From: Coraliomargarita sp.
GTDB taxonomy: Bacteria; Verrucomicrobiota; Verrucomicrobiia; Opitutales; Coraliomargaritaceae
DNA length: 64,000 bases
Reading direction: 5' to 3'
NCBI GenBank assembly: GCA_965216325.1
Contig: OZ244160.1
Coordinates: 1,440,001-1,504,000 of the forward strand
The notes beneath the pieces were generated by a model. That model saw only the letters and a list, made by a program, of their open reading frames with translations, searched no databases and was not told the origin of the DNA. This document shows, piece after piece, positions 33,092-43,371 of this stretch (positions are counted from its first letter, which is position 1; the number at the start of each line of letters is the position of its first letter). Both the position numbers and the translations under genes were made by a program.

Positions 33092-33661
33092 ATGAGTTCT
33101 CAACAAGACGAAATCCTCCAGATTTTCCGCGACAGTGGCGCTTTGCTTGAAGGCCACTTCCTGCTTCGTTCCGGCCTGCACAGCGCCCATTTCTTCCAAT
33201 GCGCTCAAGTCTGCCAGTATATGGATAAGGTCACGAGACTGGCAGAAATCATGGTCGAGAAGCTAAAAGACTACGGTGCCACCACAGTCGTCGGCCCAGC
33301 CATGGGCGGCTTGGTCATCGGTCAAGAAGTTGCGCGCCAACTCGGCACACGCTTCGTCTTCCTTGAAAAAGTCGACGACAAGCTCGCACTGCGCCGCAAT
33401 TTCAAGTTCAAGTCAGGCGAAAAGGTCCTGATCGTCGAAGACGTCATCACTCGCGGTGGTCGTGTCGTTGAAGCCCTTGAGCAATGCCGTGCTCACGGCG
33501 CAGACCCAGTCGCAGTCGGCGTCATCGTCGACCGCAGCAAGGGAGCGACCACCTTCGACGTGCCGCATCACAGCCTTGCTGAGCTCAGCTTCCCAACCTA
33601 CGAAGCCGACAATCTACCACCGGAACTCCAAGGCAGCGAAGCCATCAAACCCGGCAGCTAA
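33092..33661 (+). CDS. pyrE: Orotate phosphoribosyltransferase
   Basis: GHFLLRSGLHS, VLIVEDVITRGG PRPP motif. Confidence 0.93.
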   Translation: MSSQQDEILQIFRDSGALLEGHFLLRSGLHSAHFFQCAQVCQYMDKVTRLAEIMVEKLKDYGATTVVGPAMGGLVIGQEVARQLGTRFVFLEKVDDKLALRRNFKFKSGEKVLIVEDVITRGGRVVEALEQCRAHGADPVAVGVIVDRSKGATTFDVPHHSLAELSFPTYEADNLPPELQGSEAIKPGS

Positions 33662-33663
33662 GC

Positions 33664-33972
33664 ATGTTTAAATTCGACACCACGCTCAACCGTCTGCGCA
33701 CAGTCGGGACTTGGGAGGCCATCTCCTACCTGCTCCTGCTCGGCATCGCGATGCCACTCAAATATGGCTTCGATATGCCTCAGGCAGTGCGAGTGGTCGG
33801 CATGGCGCACGGCATCCTATGGATGGCCTACGTCGGACTCGCAATCCTCGGGCAGGTCGATTACAAATGGCCCCTGAAAACAACTGCATGGCTCTTCATC
33901 GCGAGCCTACTCCCCTTCGGGCCATTCGTCGCAGATGCAAAACTTCTGAGCAAAGTTGATGTAGTTCAATAA
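33664..33972 (+). CDS. DUF3817-like small membrane protein
   Basis: EAISYLLLLGIAMPLKY, GMAHG, LLPFGPF. Confidence 0.82.
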   Translation: MFKFDTTLNRLRTVGTWEAISYLLLLGIAMPLKYGFDMPQAVRVVGMAHGILWMAYVGLAILGQVDYKWPLKTTAWLFIASLLPFGPFVADAKLLSKVDVVQ

Positions 33973-34042
33973 TTACTTATCTACGCAGAGAATACCGGCA
34001 CTTTTTAGTATACAGCCACTCACACCCGCCAGAACCACGACC

Positions 34043-34231
34043 ATGAAGAATCGATTCACTTTGTTCGCCGCTTTCCTCCCACTGATCGCACAAGCTCACA
34101 ACACCTCTACCTCCGGCACCGCAAGTCATGCAGCCCAGCACGGTGCCCTGACATTCGGCTATGTGGCAACGACAGCCCTCGCAGCATTTGCCCTGGTTCA
34201 GTGGATTCGCCGAGCGCGTAACAGTAAGTAG
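34043..34231 (+). CDS. Small secreted/membrane protein with His residues
   Basis: Signal peptide ending AQA-H, His-containing segment, C-terminal TM + basic tail. Confidence 0.55.
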   Translation: MKNRFTLFAAFLPLIAQAHNTSTSGTASHAAQHGALTFGYVATTALAAFALVQWIRRARNSK

Positions 34232-34240
34232 ACGACTTTA

Positions 34241-35209
34241 ATGACCCCGCTGGTTACATTTTGCGCAGCAGGCGCTGCTGTGCTGTATGCTATCGGCTCT
34301 CTGGACATCAAAAAGGCGCTCGCCTCCGGCACAGATCGCAGAGCCGCCATTGCATGGACAAATATCGCAATGGCCATCTGGTCCTTGCCTCTGTTCTTCC
34401 TCTCCAAGGACACATTTACACTGTATGGCCTTACCCTGGCCTTAACAGCGGGTCTCGCCCTCTTCTTCGGGCGCATTTTCGTCGTGAAAGCACTCGATGT
34501 TGGAGCACTTTCGATCGTCGGCCCGCTTCTCGGGTTAAAAACGCTCTTTGTTGCGATCTTCGCGGTCCTACTGGGGCAAGTCGCGCTCAGTGCCGGCGTC
34601 TGGATCGCGGTCATTTTAGCCTGTGTCGGCATGGCTCTAGTGCAACGGGGCCCACAGTCCAGAAGCCAGGACTATAAGCGCGCGATCGTCTACGCGCTCG
34701 TTGCCAGCCTCTTATTTGCCTCAACCGACATCCTCGTCGTAGAAGCTCGCAATTCATTGAGTGTCGGCTGGCTGCTGCCGACTTTATTCTTAACCGTTGG
34801 CCTGCTTGTGCCGCTACTCGGCGCGTCCCCCAAACCACCCGAAGAAGGCAAACTCAATCTGCAACGCGGGGCCGTCACAATGGGCTTCCAAACGTCCCTA
34901 GTCGTACTGCTCATCTGCCTCACCGGTCAAGCGGTCTTAGTCAATATCATCTACGCCTCACGCGGCTTGTGGAGTGTCGTTATCGACCGCTTGCTGAACC
35001 GCACGGGCACCATACACGAATACTTTGTCCAACGCGCGGCCGGCGCCATACTTCTGGTCGCCTCGGTGGGAATCGCAATTGTGACCATTAACACGCCACT
35101 AGCAGAGACCGAACACCTCAATACCGCCGGGCTCAATGAATCGGACGAGCAAATCGACGAGTCCGCCTACGAGGATATCCCCGGCGTGATCTGGATCGAC
35201 GGCTATTAG
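34241..35209 (+). CDS. DMT/EamA-family transporter
   Basis: About 10 TM in two repeats; acidic C-terminal tail. Confidence 0.75.
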   Translation: MTPLVTFCAAGAAVLYAIGSLDIKKALASGTDRRAAIAWTNIAMAIWSLPLFFLSKDTFTLYGLTLALTAGLALFFGRIFVVKALDVGALSIVGPLLGLKTLFVAIFAVLLGQVALSAGVWIAVILACVGMALVQRGPQSRSQDYKRAIVYALVASLLFASTDILVVEARNSLSVGWLLPTLFLTVGLLVPLLGASPKPPEEGKLNLQRGAVTMGFQTSLVVLLICLTGQAVLVNIIYASRGLWSVVIDRLLNRTGTIHEYFVQRAAGAILLVASVGIAIVTINTPLAETEHLNTAGLNESDEQIDESAYEDIPGVIWIDGY

Positions 35210-35308
35210 TCGATCCACCCGCTAGAAACTGCTTCGCAGTTCCTCCACCCTTTGCGACTGTAGCGGAAATGCGAAGGCACTTTCGATCAAACGCAATGCC
35301 GATCCGAG

Positions 35309-36142
35309 CTACATGCCCAGCACACGGTTCAGCTTACCAGAGACAAAGCCCTCCTGGTCAAATTCAACGACATCGAAGCCGAGTGCTTTCAGCCCCGGCT
35401 CAATCGTTGCCTGCAGCGATTCCAGCTTGGCCACATCTTCGACGGGTACTTCGACACGCGCACGCTCACCATAGTGCCGCACGCGACTCACCGCAAAACC
35501 GTGCTCCTTAAGCAGCGCTTCGCCCGCTTCAATCTGGCGCAGCTTCTCAACCGTAATGCGCTCCCCGTAGGGCACACGCGATGACAGACAGGGGCTGGCA
35601 GGCTTATCCCAACAGACCAATTCAAAGCATCCCGCTAGCTCGCGCACTCCAGCCTTATCAATGCCACAATCCGATAAGGGCGAGCGCACTTCAAACTCAC
35701 TGGCCGCCTTTAAGCCTGGACGATAGTCCCCGAGATCATCCGAGTTCGTGCCATTCAAAATCCACCACCCCGGATACCTTGCCTGCACGTCCTTGAGCTC
35801 GTCGTAGAGGGTATGCTTGCAGAAATAGCAACGGTTCGACGGGTTATTGAAATAATCCGGATTCTCCATCTCCTGCGTCACCACCAACTCCAGAGGAATC
35901 TCATTCTGGCATGCAAAGGTCTTGGCTTCTTCCAGATCAGAGAGCTTCAAACTCGGGCTCCCTGAAATCACTGCCAGACTACGCTCAGTCCCAAGAAAAT
36001 GCTTCGCTAAAAAAGCAACCAGCGAACTGTCCACCCCTCCAGAAAACGCCACTAGGGCACCGGGGCAATCGGCAAACCAGTTTTCCAAATCCTTAAGGGC
36101 ATCCATTTCCACGCATGGTGACGCGGAAACCTTCGCTGTCAA
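35309..36142 (-). CDS. larE: Nickel-pincer cofactor sulfur transferase
   Basis: PP-loop AFSGGVDS, RCYFCK, DDLGDYRPG, SPCLSSR; start uncertain (ATG 36106 possible). Confidence 0.93.
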   Translation of the reverse strand: MTAKVSASPCVEMDALKDLENWFADCPGALVAFSGGVDSSLVAFLAKHFLGTERSLAVISGSPSLKLSDLEEAKTFACQNEIPLELVVTQEMENPDYFNNPSNRCYFCKHTLYDELKDVQARYPGWWILNGTNSDDLGDYRPGLKAASEFEVRSPLSDCGIDKAGVRELAGCFELVCWDKPASPCLSSRVPYGERITVEKLRQIEAGEALLKEHGFAVSRVRHYGERARVEVPVEDVAKLESLQATIEPGLKALGFDVVEFDQEGFVSGKLNRVLGM

Positions 36143-36181
36143 CTTGCCTCACGCCATAGAGCCGTTATCACAATTCAGATC

Positions 36182-37417
36182 ATGGCTACTTTACTCTACC
36201 AATGCCCTGCCGGACTCAGCGGCGACATGAATCTGGGCGCACTGGTCGCCCTAGGCGCCTGCCCCGATAAACTGGAAGCCGAACTGCGCAAATTACCCTA
36301 TGCGGGCTGGTCGCTTAAATTCGAGGAGGATATTCGCTCCGGCATCAGTGGCCTGCGCTGCGACGTCGTGCTCGAGCACACACACGATCATGATCACGGG
36401 CACCATCATCATGGGCACTCACATAGCCATGAGCATTCGCACGAGCACCACCACCGCACCTTCAAAGAAATACGCGAAGCGATTGAAGCCAGCGAACTCT
36501 CTGAGCGGGTAAAAGCCGACTCGATTGCATGCTTCCGCGTCCTAGCCGAAGCCGAAGGCTCCGTCCACGGCATCGATCCTGAAAGCGTGCACTTTCATGA
36601 AGTCGGTGCCATCGACTCAATTATCGATATGGTGGGCGCTGCCATCTGCTGGGAGCTGCTAGATGTGGATCGTATCGTCTGCAGCACACTTGAGGTCGGC
36701 GGCGGCACCGTGAAGTGTGCGCATGGCATCATGCCGGTGCCTGCGCCTGCCACAGCTCAACTGCTCACCAACGTGCCCTACAGCTCAGGCGGCAGCAACA
36801 AGGAGACCACCACTCCCACCGGTGCCGCGCTACTCGTCGGCAAAGGCTGTGAATTCGGCGCAAAAGTTGAGGGCCTCCAAATCAAAAGTGCACGCGGCAT
36901 CGGCCAACGCCATGACCCCAAGCTCGCCAATGCAGTCTATGTTTCGCTGATCGAAGAACAGCGCAGCACAAGCCTCGAGCAGGACAGCGTAACCGAGCTC
37001 GCAGTCAACCTCGACGACATGAGCGGCGAGGCGATCGGTTACCTGATCAATAAACTGGAGGCCAGCCCCGCACTCGAAGTCTGGCAAACCACCGCACAAT
37101 TCAAGAAGCAGCGCCCAGCCACCATCATCCATGCACTGGTGCAAGCCGAACACGCGGACCAAGTCGAAGCACTGCTGTTCACGCATAGCAGCACCCTCGG
37201 CGTGCGCCGCACGACCTGGCAACGCAACAAGCTCTCACGCGAATCCATCGAGTTCGAGAGCAGCCTCGGACCAGTCCGTATCAAGCGTGCCACACTCCCC
37301 GATGGCTCCACCCGCAGTAAAGTGGAATACGACGACCTCGCCCGCATCGCCGATGCCAGAGGCCAGTCCATTGACGCTGTCCAACAACAGATCCTAAAAG
37401 AGTTCTCAAAGTTCTAA
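36182..37417 (+). CDS. larC: Nickel-pincer cofactor nickel insertase
   Basis: GLSGDMNLGAL, poly-His tract, VHFHEVGAIDSIID, PVPAPAT, TTPTGAA. Confidence 0.95.
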   Translation: MATLLYQCPAGLSGDMNLGALVALGACPDKLEAELRKLPYAGWSLKFEEDIRSGISGLRCDVVLEHTHDHDHGHHHHGHSHSHEHSHEHHHRTFKEIREAIEASELSERVKADSIACFRVLAEAEGSVHGIDPESVHFHEVGAIDSIIDMVGAAICWELLDVDRIVCSTLEVGGGTVKCAHGIMPVPAPATAQLLTNVPYSSGGSNKETTTPTGAALLVGKGCEFGAKVEGLQIKSARGIGQRHDPKLANAVYVSLIEEQRSTSLEQDSVTELAVNLDDMSGEAIGYLINKLEASPALEVWQTTAQFKKQRPATIIHALVQAEHADQVEALLFTHSSTLGVRRTTWQRNKLSRESIEFESSLGPVRIKRATLPDGSTRSKVEYDDLARIADARGQSIDAVQQQILKEFSKF

Positions 37418-37436
37418 ACAAGCGCGGACATAGTTG

Positions 37437-37522
37437 GTAGGATTCGTTATCCTTAACGAACCGCCTCCTTGCAAAAACCAACCACCTTACATAAACAGCG
37501 CGATGCGGAAATCGCGCCCGAC
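37437..37522. repeat. Degenerate REP doublet (family A)
   Basis: GTAGGATTCGTTATCCTTAACGAACCGC...GCGCGATGCGGAAATCGCGCCCGAC. Confidence 0.75.
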
Positions 37523-37539
37523 CTCACTTCTCTTTCAAA

Positions 37540-38274
37540 ATGAGCCATACCCGCGAACTTCTCGAAGCCGTCCAACGAGGCGAACTCCCCATCGACGATG
37601 CGCTCAGTCAGCTACAAGGCTTTGAAGACCTTGGGCACAGCCGCGTCGACCTCACCCGCGAAGAACGCAACGGTGCGCCCGAAGTCATTTACGGCGAAGG
37701 CAAAACTGCCGAACAAATCATTGAGATCATAGCGAGCCTCATCAAGAATGGCAGCCGAGTGCTTGCCACCCGCGTCGCCCCCAGCGCCGCCGAAGCAATT
37801 TCCCAAGCGTATCCAGAATCCAACTACGATTCACTTTCGCGCGTCTTAACCATCGGCGAGAAACCGGAGCACAAAACGGAGCACAAGATCGCTATCGTGT
37901 GCGCAGGCACATCGGATCTAGCCATCGCCGAAGAAGCCCGACTGACAGCAGAGTTTTACGGCAACCCAGTGCTCAAAGTCACCGACGCCGGCGTTGCAGG
38001 ACTGCACCGCTTACTCGCCAGCATCGACGCCATTCGCGAATGCCGTGTCGTCATAGTCGTCGCAGGCATGGAGGGCGCCCTACCCAGCGTGGTAGGCGGC
38101 CAAGTCAAAGCACCGGTCATCGCCGTACCCACCAGCGTCGGCTACGGAGCAAATTTCAAAGGTCTCTCCGCACTGCTCTGTATGCTCAACAGCTGCGCCA
38201 GCGGCATCAGCGTCGTCAACATCGACAATGGTTTCGGCGCTGGCTTCCTCGCCAACCGCATCAACCAACTATAG
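37540..38274 (+). CDS. larB: Nickel-pincer cofactor carboxylase/hydrolase
   Basis: PEVIYGEGKT, AGTSD, AGMEGALPSV, VPTSVGYGA, VVNIDNGFGA. Confidence 0.96.
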   Translation: MSHTRELLEAVQRGELPIDDALSQLQGFEDLGHSRVDLTREERNGAPEVIYGEGKTAEQIIEIIASLIKNGSRVLATRVAPSAAEAISQAYPESNYDSLSRVLTIGEKPEHKTEHKIAIVCAGTSDLAIAEEARLTAEFYGNPVLKVTDAGVAGLHRLLASIDAIRECRVVIVVAGMEGALPSVVGGQVKAPVIAVPTSVGYGANFKGLSALLCMLNSCASGISVVNIDNGFGAGFLANRINQL

Positions 38275-38348
38275 GCCTAATCTAATAGCAAATAGACCAG
38301 AACTCTAAGGCCGCGATTCAACAGGAACAGTCATCCGTTCGCACATCC

Positions 38349-39062
38349 TCAAGCACACAATTGCGCTTGCTTCAATGCACATGCAAAGTCCTGCCGTCGA
38401 AGTCTAGTCACCCGACGCAAACGGGCCACATCCTTCAGTAATTGAAGATGCGGATTCTTGTAATCCTTTTGAATCCAAGCATCGATGACCCAACAAAGCT
38501 CAGAATAAGCCGCGACGATAATCGTCGCCAGCAGATCGAGATATTCACGGCCTATAATTTGAAGAATCTCTTTCGCCAAACGATGAATCTCGCGATAAGC
38601 AGGCTCCAAAACACCCGATTTGCGTTCGAGATCCTCAAAATCGATGATGTAATATTGCTCGTCATACACTAACACATTCTCGGTATGTAAATCAGGATGG
38701 ATCAAGCGACGATCAGACTGTCCCAGAGCCACAGAATGACGATGCGCGAGCCCCTCAAAAAGCTGCTGAAGACAGGATTCAAGCGCATCACGATCGCCTT
38801 TCGTATTTCTCAAATGCACGGCGAGTGTGACCTCTCCGAGGTCTTCAAAGGCAAGCCAATCGCGATCAACAGGTGCAGCATCAATCGCAAGAATACGTGG
38901 CACCTTAAAACCATGCTCTAACCATTTCTCAGTGCACTCACGGGCATAGGGAATCTGACTCGAAGCATTCTCTCCCCGAAAATGCTTCACAAAAACTCCA
39001 GACGCATGGCAGCGGTAGAAATCGTTACCATTATTACCTCTGGAACTTAGCTTCTCAAACAT
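38349..39062 (-). CDS. Kinase-like phosphotransferase (APH/Kdo-kinase superfamily)
   Basis: VFVKH, IHPDLHTENVL, IIDFED. Confidence 0.7.
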   Translation of the reverse strand: MFEKLSSRGNNGNDFYRCHASGVFVKHFRGENASSQIPYARECTEKWLEHGFKVPRILAIDAAPVDRDWLAFEDLGEVTLAVHLRNTKGDRDALESCLQQLFEGLAHRHSVALGQSDRRLIHPDLHTENVLVYDEQYYIIDFEDLERKSGVLEPAYREIHRLAKEILQIIGREYLDLLATIIVAAYSELCWVIDAWIQKDYKNPHLQLLKDVARLRRVTRLRRQDFACALKQAQLCA

Positions 39063-39071
39063 AGACCCAAT

Positions 39072-42020
39072 CTAAGCAATGGCCTCGACAATCTTTGCAT
39101 AGATCTCTTCGACCGACATCTGAGCCAGCGCACTGGTTGACACGCGCGGCAGATTGATCTTCGGCAATTCGTCGAGCGACTCAGAGAGGCAGACATCACG
39201 ATTGGCTTCCGCCTCTTCGACACGGTCAATTGGCGTGAAGTGTGGTGCGCTCAGTAGTGACTCCGGATGCTCTTTCACCAATTGGATGATTGCTTTCACC
39301 GCTTCAGCGAATCGGTCAAGTTCTGCCTGTGTGTAACTCTCGGTCGGTTCAATCATCAGACCCAACGGCTCCGGCCAAGCAACCGTTGGTGCGTGGAAAC
39401 CAAAATCGAGGAAGAGCTTACCGATACGTGGTGCCGCATCCGTCTTGCGCAATCCGACCGATTCCAAGCAAGCATAGTCCTCTTGCTTCAGTGTCAGAAT
39501 GAACTCGTGCATGCGTGGCTCGGCATCCGCACCGGTGGGCAGCATGGCGTAGTCGTCCGAAAGTTGCTGTTGCAGGTAGCGCGCGGAGAGCACCGCCATT
39601 GCCGACATGCGACGCACGCCCTCGCGACCAAGGCGCAGTAAATACGTGTAGCAGCGCACCTTGTGCGCGAAGTTCCCCCAGTGGCGGTGGAAGGAACCAA
39701 TCGACTTCTCGGCCTTAACCGGACGATAGAACTCACCATCCTTTTCGACTTGGAAGCCTGGGAGATAGGGAACGAGGCGCTCACTCACCGCCACAATCGC
39801 ATCGCCCGGGCCACCGCCACCGTGTGGGATGGTCCATGTCTTGTGCAGATTGTTGTGAACCGCATCGACACCGAGCGCACCCAGATCAATCCAACCTGCG
39901 ATCGCGTTCATGTTAGCGCCGTCCATGTAAACCAAGCCACCAATGTTGTGAATCTTCTCAGCAATCTGCTTGAAGGACGTTTCAAAGATACCGGAGGTGT
40001 TCGGGTTGGTAATCATCACACCCGCGATGCGATCGCCATATTCGTCGATGCGGCGGTCGAGATCTTCATTCAGCACACGGCCTTCCGTGTCCGCTTCCAG
40101 ATAGACGATCTTCCCCATCTTACCGGCAAAGCCGGCCATCGTTGCCGTAGCAAAGTTCGTTCCGTGTGCGGAACGGGGGATCAAAATGATGTCGCGGCGG
40201 CCACCATGGTCGCGGTGGTAAGCTTGGAACAGCTTCAGTCCAACCAACTCACCCTGAGCACCTGCCAGCGGCTGTGTGGTCACACCAGCCAGGCCAGTGA
40301 TCCCCTTGAACCACTCTTGAATCTCGTGGAGCAAGTAGAGGCAACCCTGAGCATCTTCAACCGGTGCCTGTGGATGCACATCGGTGAAGCCCGGCAAACC
40401 TGCGGCCCAGTCATTCACCATTGGGTTGTATTTCATGGTGCAGGAGCCGAGCGGGTAGCAACCATCGTCCGGACTGACATTGAGACTGCCAAGCTCCTTG
40501 TAATACTTAATAACTTCGTCGGCCGCATAACTCGGAAGTCCTGGCGCTGCAGTACGCAGGCTAGCTGCAACCGGAGGGGCAACCGATGCCACGCACTCCG
40601 TGCACGGTGCGCCGTAAAGGGACTCGAAGACGCCAGCAAGTGCATCGATATCCTGCGCACGGTTGGAGAAAGACAGCTTCAGCAATTGGCGACCGCCCGC
40701 AATGCGCTCCGAGACGTCAGCTCCGGCAAGGATGCCGGCTGCATGCGCCTTTGCCAGAAGCTCACTTGCCCCACCTGGAAGTGAAAGTGTTAGCTCGTGG
40801 AAACTGGTGCTGTTCGGGAAAGCCAGATCCACCCCTTCAAAAGCCGTCAGCTTCGCTACGGCTTCAGCGAGGCGCTCACGTAGGCCGGTAAGGATTTTTC
40901 CAAGTCCGGAATCACCGCGTTCGAGCAAGGCAGCGCCAACGATCGTTGCGATAAAAGCCTGATTGGAGCAGATATTCGAAGTCGCTTTGTCCTTACGGAT
41001 GTGTTGCTCACGAGTCGACAATACACCGACGCGGCACTCACGTCCGGAGCAGTCTTTCGCCTTACCGATAAAACGTCCCGGTGCGGCACGCACCCCACTG
41101 CGATCTTTTTGTGAGAAGCGCACGCCAAAGAGCCCAAGGCCCGGACCGCCGAAGTTGGGAGCCAGCGCGAGATGATGGGCTTCGCCAACAATGATATCAA
41201 CACCCTGCTCGCCAAATGCAGACGGCTGCTTGAGTCCACCAGCGGCAAGTAAGAGCGGGTCAATCACCGCCACACTCTTCACCTTAATCTCGGCCGCATA
41301 GTCAGTTAGCTCATCGACTGGCTCGATCAGACCAAAGGTATTCACCTGTGGGAACACGACCACGGCCAAGCGATCCTTTGCGCCTTCTGCAGCAGTTTTC
41401 AACGCGTCGAAATCGATCAAACCAGTCTCGGCATCAGCAGGAACGCGGATCAACTCCACCTCGGTATCGACCACCATGGTCTCCAACACTTCGAGATCCC
41501 CCGGATAGAGCGTATCCGGAATAATCGCCGCACTCTTACCGCGGCTCATGCGGATAGCCGCACAGATTCCCTCAAAGATCGAAGTCGAGCGGTCGTAAAG
41601 CGATGCGTTCACCGCCTCGAAACCAGTGAGGCGCGCCATCGAGCATTGGTAAATCCAGTGCGCAAGGAGCGTGCCCTGACTGAGTTCCGGCTGATACGGC
41701 GTGTACGCAGTCGTGAGATTACGAATATCGCAGACCGGCCCAACAACAGGCGATGGCTCCAGATCGAGCACTCCGTCACCGAGGAAGCTATTGCCGACGC
41801 GATTCTTCTTCGAGATGGCCTCCAACTCAGCCTTCAGGTCATCATAAGACAACTCTTCAGGCAGCGAGCCCGCATCCGCAAAGCGTACATCCGCAGGAAT
41901 GTGGTCAAAGAGGCTATCAAAAGACGGCTTGCCGATGGCCTGCAACATCGCATCGATGTCGGCATCAGACGCCGGAATGTAATGGCGGGCGCGTTCGCGA
42001 GGATTGGTAGAAGTGCTCAT
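39072..42020 (-). CDS. gcvP: Glycine dehydrogenase (decarboxylating), single-chain
   Basis: YTPYQPELSQG, REQHIRKDKATSNICSNQA, LGSCTMKYNP, NLHKT..IPHGGGGPG. Confidence 0.96.
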   Translation of the reverse strand: MSTSTNPRERARHYIPASDADIDAMLQAIGKPSFDSLFDHIPADVRFADAGSLPEELSYDDLKAELEAISKKNRVGNSFLGDGVLDLEPSPVVGPVCDIRNLTTAYTPYQPELSQGTLLAHWIYQCSMARLTGFEAVNASLYDRSTSIFEGICAAIRMSRGKSAAIIPDTLYPGDLEVLETMVVDTEVELIRVPADAETGLIDFDALKTAAEGAKDRLAVVVFPQVNTFGLIEPVDELTDYAAEIKVKSVAVIDPLLLAAGGLKQPSAFGEQGVDIIVGEAHHLALAPNFGGPGLGLFGVRFSQKDRSGVRAAPGRFIGKAKDCSGRECRVGVLSTREQHIRKDKATSNICSNQAFIATIVGAALLERGDSGLGKILTGLRERLAEAVAKLTAFEGVDLAFPNSTSFHELTLSLPGGASELLAKAHAAGILAGADVSERIAGGRQLLKLSFSNRAQDIDALAGVFESLYGAPCTECVASVAPPVAASLRTAAPGLPSYAADEVIKYYKELGSLNVSPDDGCYPLGSCTMKYNPMVNDWAAGLPGFTDVHPQAPVEDAQGCLYLLHEIQEWFKGITGLAGVTTQPLAGAQGELVGLKLFQAYHRDHGGRRDIILIPRSAHGTNFATATMAGFAGKMGKIVYLEADTEGRVLNEDLDRRIDEYGDRIAGVMITNPNTSGIFETSFKQIAEKIHNIGGLVYMDGANMNAIAGWIDLGALGVDAVHNNLHKTWTIPHGGGGPGDAIVAVSERLVPYLPGFQVEKDGEFYRPVKAEKSIGSFHRHWGNFAHKVRCYTYLLRLGREGVRRMSAMAVLSARYLQQQLSDDYAMLPTGADAEPRMHEFILTLKQEDYACLESVGLRKTDAAPRIGKLFLDFGFHAPTVAWPEPLGLMIEPTESYTQAELDRFAEAVKAIIQLVKEHPESLLSAPHFTPIDRVEEAEANRDVCLSESLDELPKINLPRVSTSALAQMSVEEIYAKIVEAIA

Positions 42021-42152
42021 CGGTTCGAAATAATAGAGAGAATCGGCTTACGGACTTGTGCCTTAAAAAATTTTGCAAATTGTCACACAAACTGAGTTCA
42101 ACCGCTTCGCAAGTTTCATATCCTTCTATCACAGAATTTCATCACACCCAAA

Positions 42153-43247
42153 ATGCCTGACGCACTCTCTATTCCGCTTCAAGACTTTCACGCCGCCCAC
42201 GGAGCTCGCTTCGTGCCCTTTGGAGGATGGAACATGCCTGTGCAATACACCAGCATTCTCGAGGAGCACACCGCTGTGCGCGAGGCAGCAGGCCTCTTCG
42301 ACGTCAGCCACATGGGCGAATTTCAGGTAGATGGCGCAGATGCGGCCGTTTTCCTAGACCGTCTCGTTGTCAACTCGATTGCCAAGGCTCCGATTGGCAA
42401 AGCAGTCTACTCACCGATGTGCACCAAGACCGGTGGCGTGGTTGACGACCTGATTGTTTACCGACTCGCCGAAGACAGCTTTCTGGTCTGCGTGAACGCC
42501 AGCAACATTGAGAAGGATTTCGGCTGGTTCCTCAAACAAGCCGAACGCTGGGCACTCGACGTGCAAATCGAAGACCACTCTAGCGAGTATGCGCTCTTGG
42601 CTCTGCAGGGCCCCAAAGCACAAGCGATTTTGGAGGCCGTTGGACTCGAATCCGTCGCTAAGCTCAAGCGTTTCTGGCATGTCGAAGCGCCTTTTGCAGG
42701 TGGCAAGATCCGCATCTGCCGCACCGGCTACACCGGCGAAGACGGTTTTGAAATTTACGTCAGCCCAGACAACGCCGAAGCGCTGGCCAAGCAAATCCTC
42801 GCCGAGGGCGAAGCCCACGACCTGAAGCTTTGCGGGCTCGGTGCCCGCGACAGCCTTCGCCTAGAAGCTGGCCTACCACTTTATGGCCATGAACTCAGCG
42901 ACGAGATCACTCCTCTCGAAGCCAGCCTCGATTGGACCGTGAAATTCAAGAAAGACGACTTCATCGGCAAAGACGCCCTCTCGGAGCAAAAAGAAAACGG
43001 CATTCCACGCCGCGTCATTCATTTCAAATTGGAAGGGCGACGCATCGCCCGCGAAGGCACCGCTGTCGTCAATGAAACAGGTGAAACCGTCGGGAAAGTG
43101 CTCTCTGGCACCTTATCACCCTTACTCGGCAGCCCGATCGGCAGCGCCATCGTCAAAGCCGAACACAAAGACAGCCCACTGAGTGTCGACCTACGCGGCA
43201 ACCATATCGCCCTCGATGTAGCCAAGCCACCGCTACACAAAGCTTAG
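42153..43247 (+). CDS. gcvT: Glycine cleavage aminomethyltransferase T
   Basis: [41 protein letters not shown]. Confidence 0.97.
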   Translation: MPDALSIPLQDFHAAHGARFVPFGGWNMPVQYTSILEEHTAVREAAGLFDVSHMGEFQVDGADAAVFLDRLVVNSIAKAPIGKAVYSPMCTKTGGVVDDLIVYRLAEDSFLVCVNASNIEKDFGWFLKQAERWALDVQIEDHSSEYALLALQGPKAQAILEAVGLESVAKLKRFWHVEAPFAGGKIRICRTGYTGEDGFEIYVSPDNAEALAKQILAEGEAHDLKLCGLGARDSLRLEAGLPLYGHELSDEITPLEASLDWTVKFKKDDFIGKDALSEQKENGIPRRVIHFKLEGRRIAREGTAVVNETGETVGKVLSGTLSPLLGSPIGSAIVKAEHKDSPLSVDLRGNHIALDVAKPPLHKA

Positions 43248-43267
43248 GTCCAAACAACTCCGATCAT

Positions 43268-43350
43268 CTAGGGCTTCTGCTTGCAGAATGCCGCCGCCCA
43301 TCGACTTGGCGCCGTGCACCCAAAGGGTATTTCACAAGCACGAGCCCGAC
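43268..43350. repeat. Degenerate REP doublet (family B)
   Basis: TAGGGCTTCTGCTTGCAGAATGCC...CAAGCACGAGCCCGAC. Confidence 0.78.
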
Positions 43351-43371
43351 CACTAGAAGATCAGACTCTGC

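Noticed and set aside
42021..42152. Glycine riboswitch between gcvP and gcvT
   Set aside because: The gap is only about 130 bp and lacks the conserved aptamer motifs.
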